A stretch of DNA of 64,000 bases from an uncultured Acidobacteriota bacterium (GCA_963796275.1 CAWCKY010000004.1:1152001-1216000), one strand, 5' to 3'; shown: positions 41,556 through 53,362, counted from the first letter of the stretch. Numbers and translations are program-made. Notes: generated by a model from the sequence alone, not told the origin.

Positions 41556-42359
41556 TCAAAGCTTTAATAACTGATCTCGCAGTATTCTCGCCTGCTGTCG
41601 GCTGACATTTAACTGCTGGCTATTGAGCAAGGTGACCACATATGTTCCACCCGGCATAGGGCTGATGCGCTCGATTTGACTTAGTTGGGCAAGCGTCCCG
41701 CGCGCCAGCCGCACGAACTTTGCCGGGTCCAGGCGCGCTTCAAGCTCTTTCAGGCGATAGTAGAAAGAGTAGCGGCGGTTATCCACCGTCGTCAGTTGCA
41801 GCAATTCGCCATCCGCTACGACCGAGGCCACCTGATCGACCGGCACGATGATGATCTCTTCGCGCTGGCGGACGGGTATTCGCTCGAGAAAGGGAGCCCG
41901 CACGGCGGACTCGTATTCCGTGGCCGCGGCTTTCAAGCGATCCGCTTCGCTCTCGCGCAGGTCAGCGCGCTCCAATCGCTCCTGCGCCCTGTTCATGGTA
42001 TCCCGCAGGCGCGCGCGCTCGACCGGCTTGAGCAGGTAATCGACCGCGTTGAGTTCGAAAGCCCTGACCGCGTATTCATCGTATGCCGTGACGAATGCGA
42101 TCAACGGCAGTCTGTCTTTACGCAGGAGGCGCACGACGCCCAGTCCATCGACTTCGGGCATCTGCAGATCTAGGAGCGCCAGATCGGGCCGGGCACGCTC
42201 GATCAATTCCACAGCCTCAGCCCCGTTGGCCGCTTCGCCGATCATCTCGACGTCGGGAAATGAGGCAAGCAGGGCGGCCAGGAAAGATCGGGCAGGCCGC
42301 TCGTCGTCAGCGATCGCAACTCTTAATCTGGTCTCCGGAGTTCCGATTTCATTCTTCAC
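41556..42359 (-). CDS. LytTR-family response regulator
   Basis: IADDE; LLDLQMP; FVTAYDEYAVRAFE; YLLKP; LytTR domain. Confidence 0.95.
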   Translation of the reverse strand: MKNEIGTPETRLRVAIADDERPARSFLAALLASFPDVEMIGEAANGAEAVELIERARPDLALLDLQMPEVDGLGVVRLLRKDRLPLIAFVTAYDEYAVRAFELNAVDYLLKPVERARLRDTMNRAQERLERADLRESEADRLKAAATEYESAVRAPFLERIPVRQREEIIIVPVDQVASVVADGELLQLTTVDNRRYSFYYRLKELEARLDPAKFVRLARGTLAQLSQIERISPMPGGTYVVTLLNSQQLNVSRQQARILRDQLLKL

Positions 42360-42366
42360 TTTTTTG

Positions 42367-44517
42367 TTATCTGCTGGCAGTCTTGACCTGTGCCGCCTGT
42401 GACACGGCGAGCGCGGCGAGCGGCATTCGGATCACGGCAACCGTGCCGCTGCCCGGATTGCTGGACAATTCCAGCGATGCTGCGTGGCCGTAAACACACG
42501 CCAGCCGCCGGCGGACGTTCGACAATCCGACGCCCTGCCCGCGGCCGCTGGCGAACGTCAGATCGCTCACCCCAACTCCGGTATCGCGAACCGATAGGCA
42601 GAGAATGCCGGCGTCTTTGTTTCCATCATCACCATTCTCAATGCTAGCTGAAACGACGACCTCGCCCCCCTCTTTACGCGGCGAGATGCCATGTTTGATC
42701 GCGTTCTCGACCAGCGGTTGCAAGACCAAGGGCGGAATACGGAGCTGATAGAGTTCGACGGGCATATCGATCACCACTCGCAGCCGCTCCTCGAACCTCG
42801 CCCGTTCGATCGCCAGATAAGACTCGATCAGTTCCATCTCCTCACCGACCGTCACGAACTCACCATTGGGGGCGCGCAGAACGGCACGCAGCAATCCGGT
42901 CAATCGCATCAGCGTATCGAGGGCGCGTTCGGGCGCGGTTTGAATCAAGTAACTGATGGTTGTCAACGCGTTAAATAGAAAATGCGGATTGAGCTGAGCG
43001 CGCAGCGCGCGCAGTTCTGCTTCGGTGGCGAGTTTACCGATCTCCTGCTCGCGCAGGTTGCGCTGGCACCGCTAATGCATCACGCGCACCGCATCGATCC
43101 GCCTGGCCAGCATGAGGGCCACCGATTCGAGCAGCGCGATATCGTCTGAAAGCAGACGCCGCCCGCCGGATAATTCTCCGATGACAAGCGAATAACGGGG
43201 AGGCTCGTGAGTCGGGATCAGGACTGTCGCGGCAGTGCGCAATGGGACGGTCTGTTCCCTCGTCTGGGTGCGAACATCGTTCTCTTCATCTATGACGCGC
43301 ACGATCTCGCTCGGTAAGACAAACTCGCCGTAAAAGTCCCCGGCCTCTCCAGGCCACCCCTCGACGTCTCCCTGTTTCAGCCAGCAGACCTCGTTCGCCG
43401 TCAGGGCACGCGACAGATTCCGGCAGACTATATCGAGGATATCCTGCGGGTCTTCACTGGAGGCGGCAACCCGGGCGAGCTCGTCGCGCAATTCCTGATA
43501 ATTAGCGCGCCGCAACACCACAACATCCACAAACCAGGCAATGGCACGCCGCAGCGGCGGATAGATGAGCGCCGTGCCAATCCACAGGGCAATCAGCGCT
43601 CCGACCGTGGCCGGTTCTGGATAGCCATTCGCCGCCTGCAGCAGCGGCGCGGCGACGACGAGATAGAGTCCGAAGGCTGTGACGACCAGGACGACAAGCG
43701 CCAGCGCACGCTTCAGAAAGATATCGGCGAGAGCGAACCGGTAATCCTGATAAAGCATGGCGATCACCAGCGGCAGTGACGCGTGATGCCCGATCAATTC
43801 GATAAACCATGAATCTTCGCCGCCCGTATGCTGGCTGAGGTGCAAGGCAGAAACGGCGAATACCGAGAGGGCGACCACCCATACCGCACGCTTCCAGATG
43901 GACGATCGCCGGACGAAAAGTATAAGCGCTATCGTTAAGCCGCTGAAACCAAAGGTCAGTGCGCGCAGCGCCGGAGCCGAAGGAGTATCACCACCGGTAT
44001 ACGCTGAAAAAAAATGAAGCAGACCCGCAAAGGCGCTCAGCGCATACGCAACGGCGGTGATGAGTTGGGTCCATATTCCGGTCCCTTGAGCTCCGTGAGT
44101 CCCGATAGCACCGATAGCGCCTGTCCCGGTCGTCCCCTTCGGCTCGTTTGCCCCGTTTGCCCCGTTTGCCTCGTTTCGCGGGATCAATCCCTCACCGGCA
44201 CGTAATACCGAATGGACGACCACAGCCGGTAAAAAACCGAGTGCTGTAAATACTGCGGCTTCGAACCAGGCGGAAGTCCTGCCCGCGCCCCAATCACGGG
44301 CGCCGTAGATAATCAGCGCCCCTATATTCCAAAATAGGCCCAGCAGGGCGGTTGCCAGGAGCAACCTTTCGGTCCAGAGCTTCGTGCGTTTTTCGTGGAG
44401 CGGATAGATTGCTGGCCGGGCAGCCCGCAATACGAGCGCGAGCAGCATCGCATAGAGAGCTCCCCCGGTGATAAAACCAAGCAGGTTGACCAGTGCGGCT
44501 ATGTTATGCGGAGTCAT
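42367..44517 (-). pseudogene. LytS-type membrane histidine kinase interrupted by an in-frame TAG at 43072-43074
   Basis: Reading through gives RVMH*RCQRNLREQEIGKLATEAELRALRAQLNPHFLFNAL...LQPLVENAIKHG...GVGLSNV; 717 codons in one frame. Confidence 0.85.
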
Positions 44518-45320
44518 TTACCGCTCATGATTTTGACACGGGCAGCGAACGCGCCGTTATTGTCCTTGAGATTCCCTTCGTTGACGCTCAAAAACAGTAT
44601 GCCATTGTGAGTCGAGACGAACTCGCCCGCTCCACCTATATAAACGAAATCATCGTTATCGTCGCCGACTACAGCGATCACCGCGCCGGTCGGGCGATTA
44701 GGTATAAGCTTGCGGGAGTCTGAAATACTGAGGCCATCGGGGCCGCTCCGCTTACTGTTCCCAAGTTCGATTTCTCCACTCGCTTCGATGATGATGCGCT
44801 GTCCGCGCTGCACGCGAATCCCCGTGCTGGTCCAGTCTGCGGCGGCTGCTACGTCCAAAGACTTCTCAGCGAGTATGGAACTGGCGCCGGACGCCCCTGC
44901 TTCCGAAGCTGGTAAATCGTTGCCGGGGGCCGGAGCGGGGGCCGGAGCAGGTGCAGCGTCTACCGGCCGCGGGTTGCTGGGAGCCTCGCCCGCAGGCGGC
45001 TGTGCCGGCCTCTCGCCGGAAGCAGTATCCTGGGTAGCCGGTATCAGACCGCCGTTCGGATTTGCGTCGCGAGCCGTAGCCCCAAGATCAGAAGGATCGA
45101 ACTCCACGCTATCTATCTCCTCAACAGATATAGTGTATTTTGATTGAGCTCCGCCAATATAAACAATGATCGTAAATTTTCCCTGACTGAACGATACAAC
45201 CTTTCCCTTAAGGATGCTGCCGTCTTTTAGCCTGATTGTATCGGCAAAAACGGCGCTTCCCGCAAAAAACGCGATTGTGAGGCAAAATAACGATTTTATA
45301 AGTGTTTTTTTGATGTTCAT
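44514..45320 (-). CDS. Secreted protein with Pro/Ala linker and C-terminal LecA/PA-IL-like beta-sandwich
   Basis: DTIRLKDGSILKG; WTSTGIRVQRGQ...ASGEI...GILFLSVNE...DNNGAF. Confidence 0.75.
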   Translation of the reverse strand: MNIKKTLIKSLFCLTIAFFAGSAVFADTIRLKDGSILKGKVVSFSQGKFTIIVYIGGAQSKYTISVEEIDSVEFDPSDLGATARDANPNGGLIPATQDTASGERPAQPPAGEAPSNPRPVDAAPAPAPAPAPGNDLPASEAGASGASSILAEKSLDVAAAADWTSTGIRVQRGQRIIIEASGEIELGNSKRSGPDGLSISDSRKLIPNRPTGAVIAVVGDDNDDFVYIGGAGEFVSTHNGILFLSVNEGNLKDNNGAFAARVKIMSGK

Positions 45321-45449
45321 GCCGACCTCCCGTGGTGAGCCTGAATCTTAATTATGGTTATACAAGGGGTTGACAGCGAAAGCTTATCACAAAAAATGGG
45401 ACCCAAAAAAGAAAATCCAAAAAGTTTATGAATTCAAGTTAAAGGATTC

Positions 45450-45478
45450 TTGACTCGGAGCGCATTACTGAATATACT
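45450..45478 (+). promoter_or_regulatory. Near-consensus sigma-70 promoter
   Basis: TTGACT-N17-TATACT. Confidence 0.7.
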
Positions 45479-45484
45479 CCCGCT

Positions 45485-45774
<290 letters not shown>

Positions 45775-45886
45775 CAGACAGGATTTTCAGGGATTTCCCC
45801 TACTGCATTCACCCATAATTACTTAATAACCTATAAACTCTGTTAACTCTATCTTCTTATTAATAATGGGTTCTAGGGGTTTTATT

Positions 45887-47029
45887 TTATTGATTGTTGG
45901 GTTTTGGCTCAGGCTTCGATTCTGGTTCGGGTTCACCGATCGGAGCACGATATCCCAGGCGGAAGCGCGCGATCAAATCACTACCATTGAGACTGACCGC
46001 GATATTTCGGAATTTGCCATCCCGCGCTTCATTGGAAGAGATATAGGTGAGCGTGTACTGGTTGCGAAGTTCATCCGCAATACGCCTGAATGCGAATGAT
46101 GTGTTTTCGATGTTTTCAGCCCGAAGATGAAGTGCACCGGATTGGACGGCCAGGGCACGTAAAAATTCGGTAGCGATCAGATGGCGATCGCGGAGCGGCT
46201 GCTTTTCCTGCGAGTTGACGCGCGTCGATGGTTTCGATCCAGGAGCTGACTGCTGCTGGTCCTGTCCTTGCCACGAAAACGAGCGACCGGCGAAGTTTGA
46301 GATGAAGGAGCTCGAAGAACCCGGAGGCAGGAATATCGGTTTCATAATCGACCCGCCTACATTGCGAGTTTCGTACTGAATGGTGTAGGTGATTATCCCG
46401 GTGCTGGCGACCAGATCGATGGCGCTCTCGAACGTCGCTTTTTTGCTCGCAGTATCGACTCCGTCGGTGAGGATCACTATCGCCTTCCTCCCCTGAATCT
46501 TGCTCATCTTCTCCGTGATTGTCAGATAAATAGCATCATAGAGGCTGGTCAGATAACTGCTTTTGAGCGCCTTGACTGACTTTTCGAGGTCAGGCGGATT
46601 ACTCGAGAAATCGCCGATAAATCGTACATTCTCATCGAAAGTCACAATCATCACGCTATCTCGCGGATAGAGCTGCTTGATGAACGAGAGGGCGGCTTTA
46701 CGGATCGCGCCCAGTTTACTTTGGGTACTGCGGCTGGTGTCGATCAATAAAGCGACGTTGAACGGCGCCTCGCTTGCAGAGAATTCCTCGATCTTCTGCG
46801 CCACACCATCCTCAAGCACCGAGAAACTGTTGCGCGTGAGTCCGGGCATAAAGCGGCCGTATCGATCCGTCACAATGACCGGAACGGTGACAAGTGATGT
46901 CGGTATCTTAATGCTCGGTTGTTGGTCCTTCTGCTGGTCGTTTTTACCCTGCTTCTCCTGAGCGAAGAGCTGAGGAGGCAACAAAAACAACAGCAGCCAA
47001 ATTCGCATTAGCGCGGATCGATATCTCAT
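45887..47029 (-). CDS. Acidobacterial VWFA-related secreted protein
   Basis: LVTVPVIVTDRYG; LIDTSRST (MIDAS); TSLYDAI; RKAIVILTDGVD; ELRNQYTLTY. Confidence 0.9.
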   Translation of the reverse strand: MRYRSALMRIWLLLFLLPPQLFAQEKQGKNDQQKDQQPSIKIPTSLVTVPVIVTDRYGRFMPGLTRNSFSVLEDGVAQKIEEFSASEAPFNVALLIDTSRSTQSKLGAIRKAALSFIKQLYPRDSVMIVTFDENVRFIGDFSSNPPDLEKSVKALKSSYLTSLYDAIYLTITEKMSKIQGRKAIVILTDGVDTASKKATFESAIDLVASTGIITYTIQYETRNVGGSIMKPIFLPPGSSSSFISNFAGRSFSWQGQDQQQSAPGSKPSTRVNSQEKQPLRDRHLIATEFLRALAVQSGALHLRAENIENTSFAFRRIADELRNQYTLTYISSNEARDGKFRNIAVSLNGSDLIARFRLGYRAPIGEPEPESKPEPKPNNQ

Positions 47030-47295
47030 AGCCTTTTTTATCCTTTTAACATTTGCGATTTTACTTGACTTCGATTCCGGAATCAAAAAGGTGAGTGACG
47101 GAGATGCGAAGATCTGGAGATAAGGAGGGGAAATTGATAAGTTGACGGGAGAAAATATACCGCTATGTTGTGATCTGAGCGATTATCGCTCTTTCCGTCA
47201 TTTTTTCGCTAACCTCCTTATTTCCCATAGCTCCAAACGCCTTTACATTTCGTCCCGCCATTGCCCTTTAAGCTGTTGTGGGCCATCATTTGAAG

Positions 47296-48096
47296 ATGTC
47301 GCTCGAATACGCTATCGAGTATCAATGTGAGATGAGGCGCCTGCATGGCGAGGCTACTCTAAGGGCGCTGGCGCGCACCGGTTCTCTTATTTCGCGGATG
47401 GTGAATGAGACCATCGAAGGATCACGCCTGCCTTCAGAAGAGAGCATCCAATTTACCACGAGATTCGCCGACGAGCTGGAGAAAGCGGAACAGGTTGCTT
47501 CATTCTGCAGAACCCATTGCCCTGCTCATATCGACGAAGAGTACAAATCCTCGGATCACATCTCCGAGCGGACGCGGGCAGTTGAACCCATCGGATGTCT
47601 GGGACGCATCCGATATCCCATCGAGGCGAAGTTCGAGCGCTTCCTCGCGGATCGCCTGCAACTCCTCTATGACACGCTCGTCCCCGAACACTGGCCGCAG
47701 TTGATGCATATTCTGATCGACTCGGAATCTCCTTTCGACGGGGAGGGGACCAAGGAGTTACGTCGAGTGACGACGGCGGAGGGATTGAGATTCTTCGAGC
47801 AGCGCCTGCCGATCGCTCTCGCGCGCCAAGCCTCACGTCTAACGACTGACAATCTCTTCGATCTGCTCGCTGGATTCACCGCCTCGGACAGCGGCGCATC
47901 GGGTTATCAACGCGAGCTCCCGCCCATCACTTTGAATGACTACACTAAATTTCTGGAGGCTCTGCTCATCAACGATCTGACTGAGGATGAGAAGGCGCGC
48001 CTTCATTCGCAAAGTGCCAGTTATTCTCAGTTCGTGCGCTTCGCATGCGCGGTCAGCCTGGCCGAAAAACTCAACGTCAGACTCCTCTTGGACTGA
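47296..48096 (+). CDS. Hypothetical protein with Cys motifs
   Basis: Long ORF with host-like codon use; CRTHCPA and GCLGRIRYPI. Confidence 0.7.
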   Translation: MSLEYAIEYQCEMRRLHGEATLRALARTGSLISRMVNETIEGSRLPSEESIQFTTRFADELEKAEQVASFCRTHCPAHIDEEYKSSDHISERTRAVEPIGCLGRIRYPIEAKFERFLADRLQLLYDTLVPEHWPQLMHILIDSESPFDGEGTKELRRVTTAEGLRFFEQRLPIALARQASRLTTDNLFDLLAGFTASDSGASGYQRELPPITLNDYTKFLEALLINDLTEDEKARLHSQSASYSQFVRFACAVSLAEKLNVRLLLD

Positions 48097-48151
48097 TTTT
48101 TTTGCGGATTGCGGATTTGATATGAATGGAATTCAAATCCGCAACCGGCAA

Positions 48152-48611
48152 TCAAGGTGCTTGATGCGCGAACCCGGAAGTCGTCACCTGCGGTGTAGGG
48201 TTCGTCTCTATATCGCGTTTGATCGCGTCCAAGATTCCGTTGATGAATTGAGTCGCTTCGGTTGTTGAAAAGCGGCGCGCGATCTCGAGCGCTTCGTTGA
48301 TCGCTACCGTTTTCGGTGTGCTGGGTTGATAAAGAAATTCGTAGACAGCCATCCGAAGGAGATTGCGATCGACAATCGCCATTCGCGGAATACGCCAGTG
48401 TTCCGTCCGTATGCGAATACGTTCGTCGATCTCTTCGAGATGGGAGATTGTGCCGAGCGCCAGTTCGTTGGCGAAGATACCGAACATCTTCTGCCCCTTC
48501 TGCTATCTCCCCCCAATAGGTTTCCAGCAGATCATCGACTGACGGGCGAGCCACGTCATAGGAGAAAAGGATTTGCAACGCGCATTCGCGCGCTTTACGG
48601 CGAGCACCCAT
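48152..48611 (-). CDS. nusB: Transcription antitermination factor NusB, split by a one-base insertion near 48481
   Basis: RRKARECALQILF...; VDRNLLRMAVYE...VAINEALEIARRF...FINGILD; follows ribH. Confidence 0.93.
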
Positions 48612-48738
48612 GATTGTTTATTACCGTCTGAAAGTTACAGGTCTTCGATAATCGGAGAAAGTAATGGGGGATGATTGATTGCTTTACTTGATATTAGGTC
48701 GGATCAAGTAGATCCATCTCGCTCCACAGGGTAAACCT

Positions 48739-49218
48739 TCACAACTCCCGCAGCAGGTTGGCCATCTCGACGGCCGCCATGGCCGCTTCGAAGCCTTTGT
48801 TTCCTGCTTTAACACCAGCGCGGTTGATCGCTTGCTCAACCGTATCAGCGGTGATGATGCCATAAGCAATCGGCATGCCGGTCTCCAGGGAAACAGCCGC
48901 CATGCCTTTGGTTACTTCTGCTGCAATGTAATCAAAGTGAGGGGTCTCGCCACGAATGACGGCGCCCACACATATTATCGCATCGCATCTTCCACTTTCC
49001 GCTAATTTCTTGGCCGCCAGAGGAATTTCAAATGATCCGGGGACGCGTACCAAGGTGAGGTTTGTCGCGCTTATGCCTAACCGAAGCAGCGCGTCTTGTG
49101 CGCCTCCGATCAACCGGCTAACAATCAGATCATTCCACCGGCTGGCTACAATCGCGATTCTTAAATCGTTGGCTTTTAACACGCCTTCTATGACTTGGGG
49201 CGTGGGGGAATCTTTCAT
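48739..49218 (-). CDS. ribH: 6,7-dimethyl-8-ribityllumazine synthase
   Basis: VPGSFEIP; [14 protein letters not shown]; QAINRAG..AGNKG. Confidence 0.97.
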   Translation of the reverse strand: MKDSPTPQVIEGVLKANDLRIAIVASRWNDLIVSRLIGGAQDALLRLGISATNLTLVRVPGSFEIPLAAKKLAESGRCDAIICVGAVIRGETPHFDYIAAEVTKGMAAVSLETGMPIAYGIITADTVEQAINRAGVKAGNKGFEAAMAAVEMANLLREL

Positions 49219-49264
49219 CGGGCACAAGTATATTGGGCCAGGTCGAAGTGGTCAAGCTGCACTT

Positions 49265-50071
49265 TCAATCGCCCTTGAAATCGGGCTCCCGTTTTTCAAG
49301 AAATGCCTTAACCCCTTCTCTGAAATCATCGGTCGCAAAACACAAACCGAAGAGCTCAGATTCGAGCCGCAGCCCTTCAGAAAGTGCCAAATCCGAACCG
49401 CGATTTACGGCTTCGAGCGCGTACTTGACGGCAACCGGCGCGTTTCGGCTGATCCGGCGCGCTAACTCCACACAAACCGACATCAACTCGCCAGGGTCGG
49501 CGACTACGCGATCGGCCAGGCCGATGCGCAATGCCGCTTCGGCCCCGACGTTATCCCCGGTCAAAATCATTTCAAGCGCCCGGGATTTGCCGATCACCCG
49601 CGACAATCGCGAACTTCCTCCCCAGCCCGGAATCGATCCGCGCCTCAATTCAGGAAGTGCAAACTTTGCCTCCACCGTCGCGATGCGCCAGGCGCAAGCC
49701 AGAGCAAGCTCGCATCCTCCGCCAGATGCCACTCCATTGACTGCTGCAATAACAGGCTTTCCCAGACCTTCTATCAAAGTAGCCAGTTCCCCTCCCGAAC
49801 GCACAAAAAAAGCCGCCTCTTCCGAAGTCAGACGTGAAAGCTCCTCAACGTCCGCGCCCACCGAGAAAGCCTCCTCTCCTGCGCCGGTCAGGATTGCCGC
49901 GCGTACGTCCGGCTCATTCCGCAGTTCGGCGAATGTATGGATGAGTTGCCGAACGGATGCGAGATTGAGCGCATTGGCCCGGATTTGACGGTCGATCTTT
50001 ACCAGGGCGAATCCGTCATATCGTTCGCATCGGATAAATTCGTCAATCTTCGTTTCATTTGTTTCATTCAT
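49265..50071 (-). CDS. Enoyl-CoA hydratase/crotonase
   Basis: AFSVGAD; KPVIAAVNG..SGGGCEL; LPE..G.IPGWGG; AFLEKREPDF. Confidence 0.93.
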   Translation of the reverse strand: MNETNETKIDEFIRCERYDGFALVKIDRQIRANALNLASVRQLIHTFAELRNEPDVRAAILTGAGEEAFSVGADVEELSRLTSEEAAFFVRSGGELATLIEGLGKPVIAAVNGVASGGGCELALACAWRIATVEAKFALPELRRGSIPGWGGSSRLSRVIGKSRALEMILTGDNVGAEAALRIGLADRVVADPGELMSVCVELARRISRNAPVAVKYALEAVNRGSDLALSEGLRLESELFGLCFATDDFREGVKAFLEKREPDFKGD

Positions 50072-50305
50072 CTATTCAGCATCTATTCAGTTTTTTTAGG
50101 GGGTAAAAATTTTGCTTCTCGCCGCGTTACCGGTTGGTTGATCTCAGCTGTGGGTTGATGGGTTGATTGTCTTTGAAAAATAAATGTAAAAAATGATCAT
50201 ACAAATGGGCAGCGCGCGGGGATTGAAATATACCCCTTTACCCACGAAGAATTTGAGAGCCGCCAGTCGCAAGTATGCCGCAAGTAATGATGACCAAAGC
50301 CGATC

Positions 50306-51232
50306 TCAGAGTTGTGAGATCCTTCCCCCACGACCGCTATTCAAATATGGACCGCTTGTTTGATAGGCGCGCGTGAAGCTATATGAGATCAACACCACGC
50401 AGACGATGAATATCGCCAACCCGAGCCGGGAGACGCGCGCTCGCCCGGGCGCAATGTAGGGAACGACGAAACCGAGTATTCCGCCCGTGATCAGGCCGCC
50501 GATGTGCGCAGCATTATCTATCGCGGGTATGTAATACCCGATGAATAAATTGATCAGAATGACCGGCAACATACCCGTCGTAATCGCGCGCCGGAAATTC
50601 GCCGGCAATTCATCGCGATACCTGTAACCGAAAACAAAGAGCAGGCCGAAGAGCCCGAAGATCGCGCCGGAAGCCCCGACGCCAGGAATCCAGGCCGGTT
50701 GCCCCAACCCGCCTATGTAACTCCCGATGACGCCCCCGATTCCGGCGAGCAGATAGATCAGGAGAAACCGCGCCGATCCGTATAACTTCTCAGCTACCGG
50801 CCCGATCACCCAGATCGCGTATGAGTTAGATGCCAGGTGCAGCAGACCGCCGTGTATGAAAATGGGGGTGATGAAGCGAAACCACTCGCCGTTCGCCAAT
50901 AATTCATTGGTCTTCGCGCCAAAAGCGATGAGAGTCAGCGGATCGCTCATAAAGACAAATGCCTCGAGGAAATTAACGCCGCTGACGAGCGCCATTAATA
51001 TGTATATGGCGAAATTGAAAATAAGGATTGTGTATGTGACCGGAGTGGCCCTGGAAAATAGTGCATTGAGGAAATGGCGCTCCGCTTTCGCCTGTTGCTC
51101 GATGACCACGTTTTGAACCGATAGCGCTCCGCAACCGGCGCATTGCGGCAATTGGGCCGGCGTCGTCTGTCCGCAATTCTGACAAATACGAAAAGCGCGC
51201 GGCAGATTGGGGTCTGTGCTTTCACTTTGCAC
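50306..51232 (-). CDS. Rhomboid intramembrane protease with N-terminal zinc ribbon
   Basis: CQNCG...CAGCG; EWFR; HLASN; GASGAIFG; NAAHIGG. Confidence 0.93.
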   Translation of the reverse strand: MQSESTDPNLPRAFRICQNCGQTTPAQLPQCAGCGALSVQNVVIEQQAKAERHFLNALFSRATPVTYTILIFNFAIYILMALVSGVNFLEAFVFMSDPLTLIAFGAKTNELLANGEWFRFITPIFIHGGLLHLASNSYAIWVIGPVAEKLYGSARFLLIYLLAGIGGVIGSYIGGLGQPAWIPGVGASGAIFGLFGLLFVFGYRYRDELPANFRRAITTGMLPVILINLFIGYYIPAIDNAAHIGGLITGGILGFVVPYIAPGRARVSRLGLAIFIVCVVLISYSFTRAYQTSGPYLNSGRGGRISQL

Positions 51233-51572
51233 TCTTACTTATTTTTCCTTTCGAAATCAACTACATGAATTGTAACCGACTGGAAATGAACTGTCATGGT
51301 TCTGACATTTGGAAGAGGTGGATGCACGCAATGCAGCGAACCAGGATAGCGTGCATGAAGGCGGACGGCTGCGACCAGAGGAACTCGGGCAAGTTACCAT
51401 GTCTTATCGAAACTCAGGTTGCTCATACCGCCATACCCCTCCGCTAATCTGGTTGCGTACCAGGATGTCAGCTGCTAAACTGGATATCGTTCTCCACACC
51501 AAAGTCATCTTTAACTTAACATCCAGGGATGCTTGTATTAATCTAACAAACGCAAGGTAATTTTAGAGAAAG

Positions 51573-53231
51573 TTGAGTAATGGCATCGTGCAATCATCAT
51601 CAAGCCTGACCGGGGCAAAAGGGACAACGAAGGTGGCTGAAAGAGCCGCGGCATCATCGGCGGTTAACGACGCCGCTGCTGTCGAAGATGCTGAGATAGC
51701 GAAGTCCGAATCCAAGTCCAAATCGAAAAAGGCGAAGGCATCGGGTCTCAGCGCTTTTATCGACGGATTTCTCAATCTAATAAGCTCCGTCCCTTTCGGC
51801 ATAACCCAGTTGATCCTGCTGATCATCGCCTGCATGATAGGGATGCTGATCCAGCAGCAAGAGCTGGAGACTTTCAAGCCCTATTACACCGAGCTGACGC
51901 CCTCCGAGAAGGTCATCTACGGTAACCTTGGGTTCTTCGATATCTATCACGCCTGGTATTTCAATCTCCTGCTGCTTCTTTTGAGTCTCAACATAATCCT
52001 GGCGTCGATCGATCATTTCCCGGCCGCCTGGAGCCATATAAAGCGTAAGAAGCTCACCGCATCGCCGGTCTTCGCGATGGCTCAGCGATTCAAAGAGCAA
52101 GTCGAGCTTCCGAAACTCGAACGACCGCATTTGGCCGAACGTGCGGCGGCAGCCGCTCGCGCCATGAAATTCAAGGTCCGCGTCACCGAAGGGGATACCA
52201 GGACGACGATCTTCGCCGAACGCGGCGTGTGGAACCGCCTCGGCGCATATGCCGTCCACGTCGGCCTCCTGACCATCTTCTTTGGCGGATTTATGACCAG
52301 TCGCGGTTACACGGGGTCTATCTGGATCACCCCGGAGGAACTGTCCGACAAAATACAGATGAACGTCTTCAATGTAGAACACGCGACTAGTGAGTATGCT
52401 GTCTCCACGCGCGAGGTAACCCTCCCCTTCACTCTTGAAGGGATCGATATCGAGCATAAGCCGATCAAGAGAGAGGGATCGATCGAGCCGAGCAATACGC
52501 TCGATTGGCTGACACGCGTGCGGATTCACGATCCCGCGACCGGTCAGAAGACCGATGCCCTGATCCACATGAACAAACCATACGATTATAAGGGGTACCG
52601 TTTCTTCCAAGCCACTTACTATCCGATGGGAAGCGCGCGGGCGGTCAAGGTGCGCGTCATTCCGTCAGCCGGAGGGGCGCCGCAGGAGATCGCGATACCA
52701 CGCAACGGCTCGGCGACTCTCGCCGATGGGACGAAGGTGAAGTATGACTATTTCAATCCCGATTTCTTCGTCAATAACGAAGGTGCGGCCGCTGTACGCA
52801 GGATGCCTGCCACGGATTATGCCAATCCGGCAGCTCATCTCCTTTATGTCAAACCGACGGGAGAGGAGGTCAGTGTCTGGGCATTCAACGAAGCATATCT
52901 GAACAACGAAATTTCCCAGGCTCCGTTTTTGAAATCGAAATTCCTCGACTCGGGCCCATATCAATTTATCTTGACGGATTTCGATAGGGTGTCGATGAGT
53001 CACGGGCTTTCGGTCCAGTACGATCCGGGAGCGAAGATAGTCTATATCGGATTTGCGATACTTTGTCTGATGCTGATCGCCGTCTTCTTCTTCTCGCATC
53101 AGCGTCTCTGGATTGTTATCGAGGACGGTAAAGTTTTTCTCGGCGGCGATGCGAACCGCAACCGGCTCGGTTTCGAAGATCGGGCGAGGAAGGTACTGGC
53201 GCTGATCCGCGAACCGCGAATTGCGAATTAA
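51573..53231 (+). CDS. resB: Cytochrome c biogenesis protein ResB/CcsB (System II)
   Basis: IGMLIQQ; FFDIYHAWYF; YAVHVGL; MNKPYDYKGYRFFQ; YDPG; upstream of ccsA. Confidence 0.9.
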   Translation: MSNGIVQSSSSLTGAKGTTKVAERAAASSAVNDAAAVEDAEIAKSESKSKSKKAKASGLSAFIDGFLNLISSVPFGITQLILLIIACMIGMLIQQQELETFKPYYTELTPSEKVIYGNLGFFDIYHAWYFNLLLLLLSLNIILASIDHFPAAWSHIKRKKLTASPVFAMAQRFKEQVELPKLERPHLAERAAAAARAMKFKVRVTEGDTRTTIFAERGVWNRLGAYAVHVGLLTIFFGGFMTSRGYTGSIWITPEELSDKIQMNVFNVEHATSEYAVSTREVTLPFTLEGIDIEHKPIKREGSIEPSNTLDWLTRVRIHDPATGQKTDALIHMNKPYDYKGYRFFQATYYPMGSARAVKVRVIPSAGGAPQEIAIPRNGSATLADGTKVKYDYFNPDFFVNNEGAAAVRRMPATDYANPAAHLLYVKPTGEEVSVWAFNEAYLNNEISQAPFLKSKFLDSGPYQFILTDFDRVSMSHGLSVQYDPGAKIVYIGFAILCLMLIAVFFFSHQRLWIVIEDGKVFLGGDANRNRLGFEDRARKVLALIREPRIAN

Positions 53232-53362
53232 GGTTAATTGCAAAATATTTTTATTTTTAACGTCATTTTTCAAAAAAAGGCAAAGTGGAATCAAAAAAGG
53301 CAGAGCGGGGTAAATGTGGCATATACCTTTTTTGCCCTTTTGCTTCTCCAGGGAGGTAAGTA

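Noticed and set aside
43072-43074. Pyrrolysine or amber recoding in the kinase
   Set aside because: No pyl genes here and other genes end normally at TAG (e.g. 24973); a point mutation or error is simpler.
50160-50300. FMN riboswitch or tRNA fragment upstream of crotonase-ribH
   Set aside because: No RFN consensus; GCGCGGGGATTGAA does not extend into a cloverleaf.
51265-51560. Small ORFs and an ATGCACGC/GCGTGCAT hairpin between rhomboid and resB
   Set aside because: No recognisable motif, RBS or terminator; most simply a divergent promoter region.
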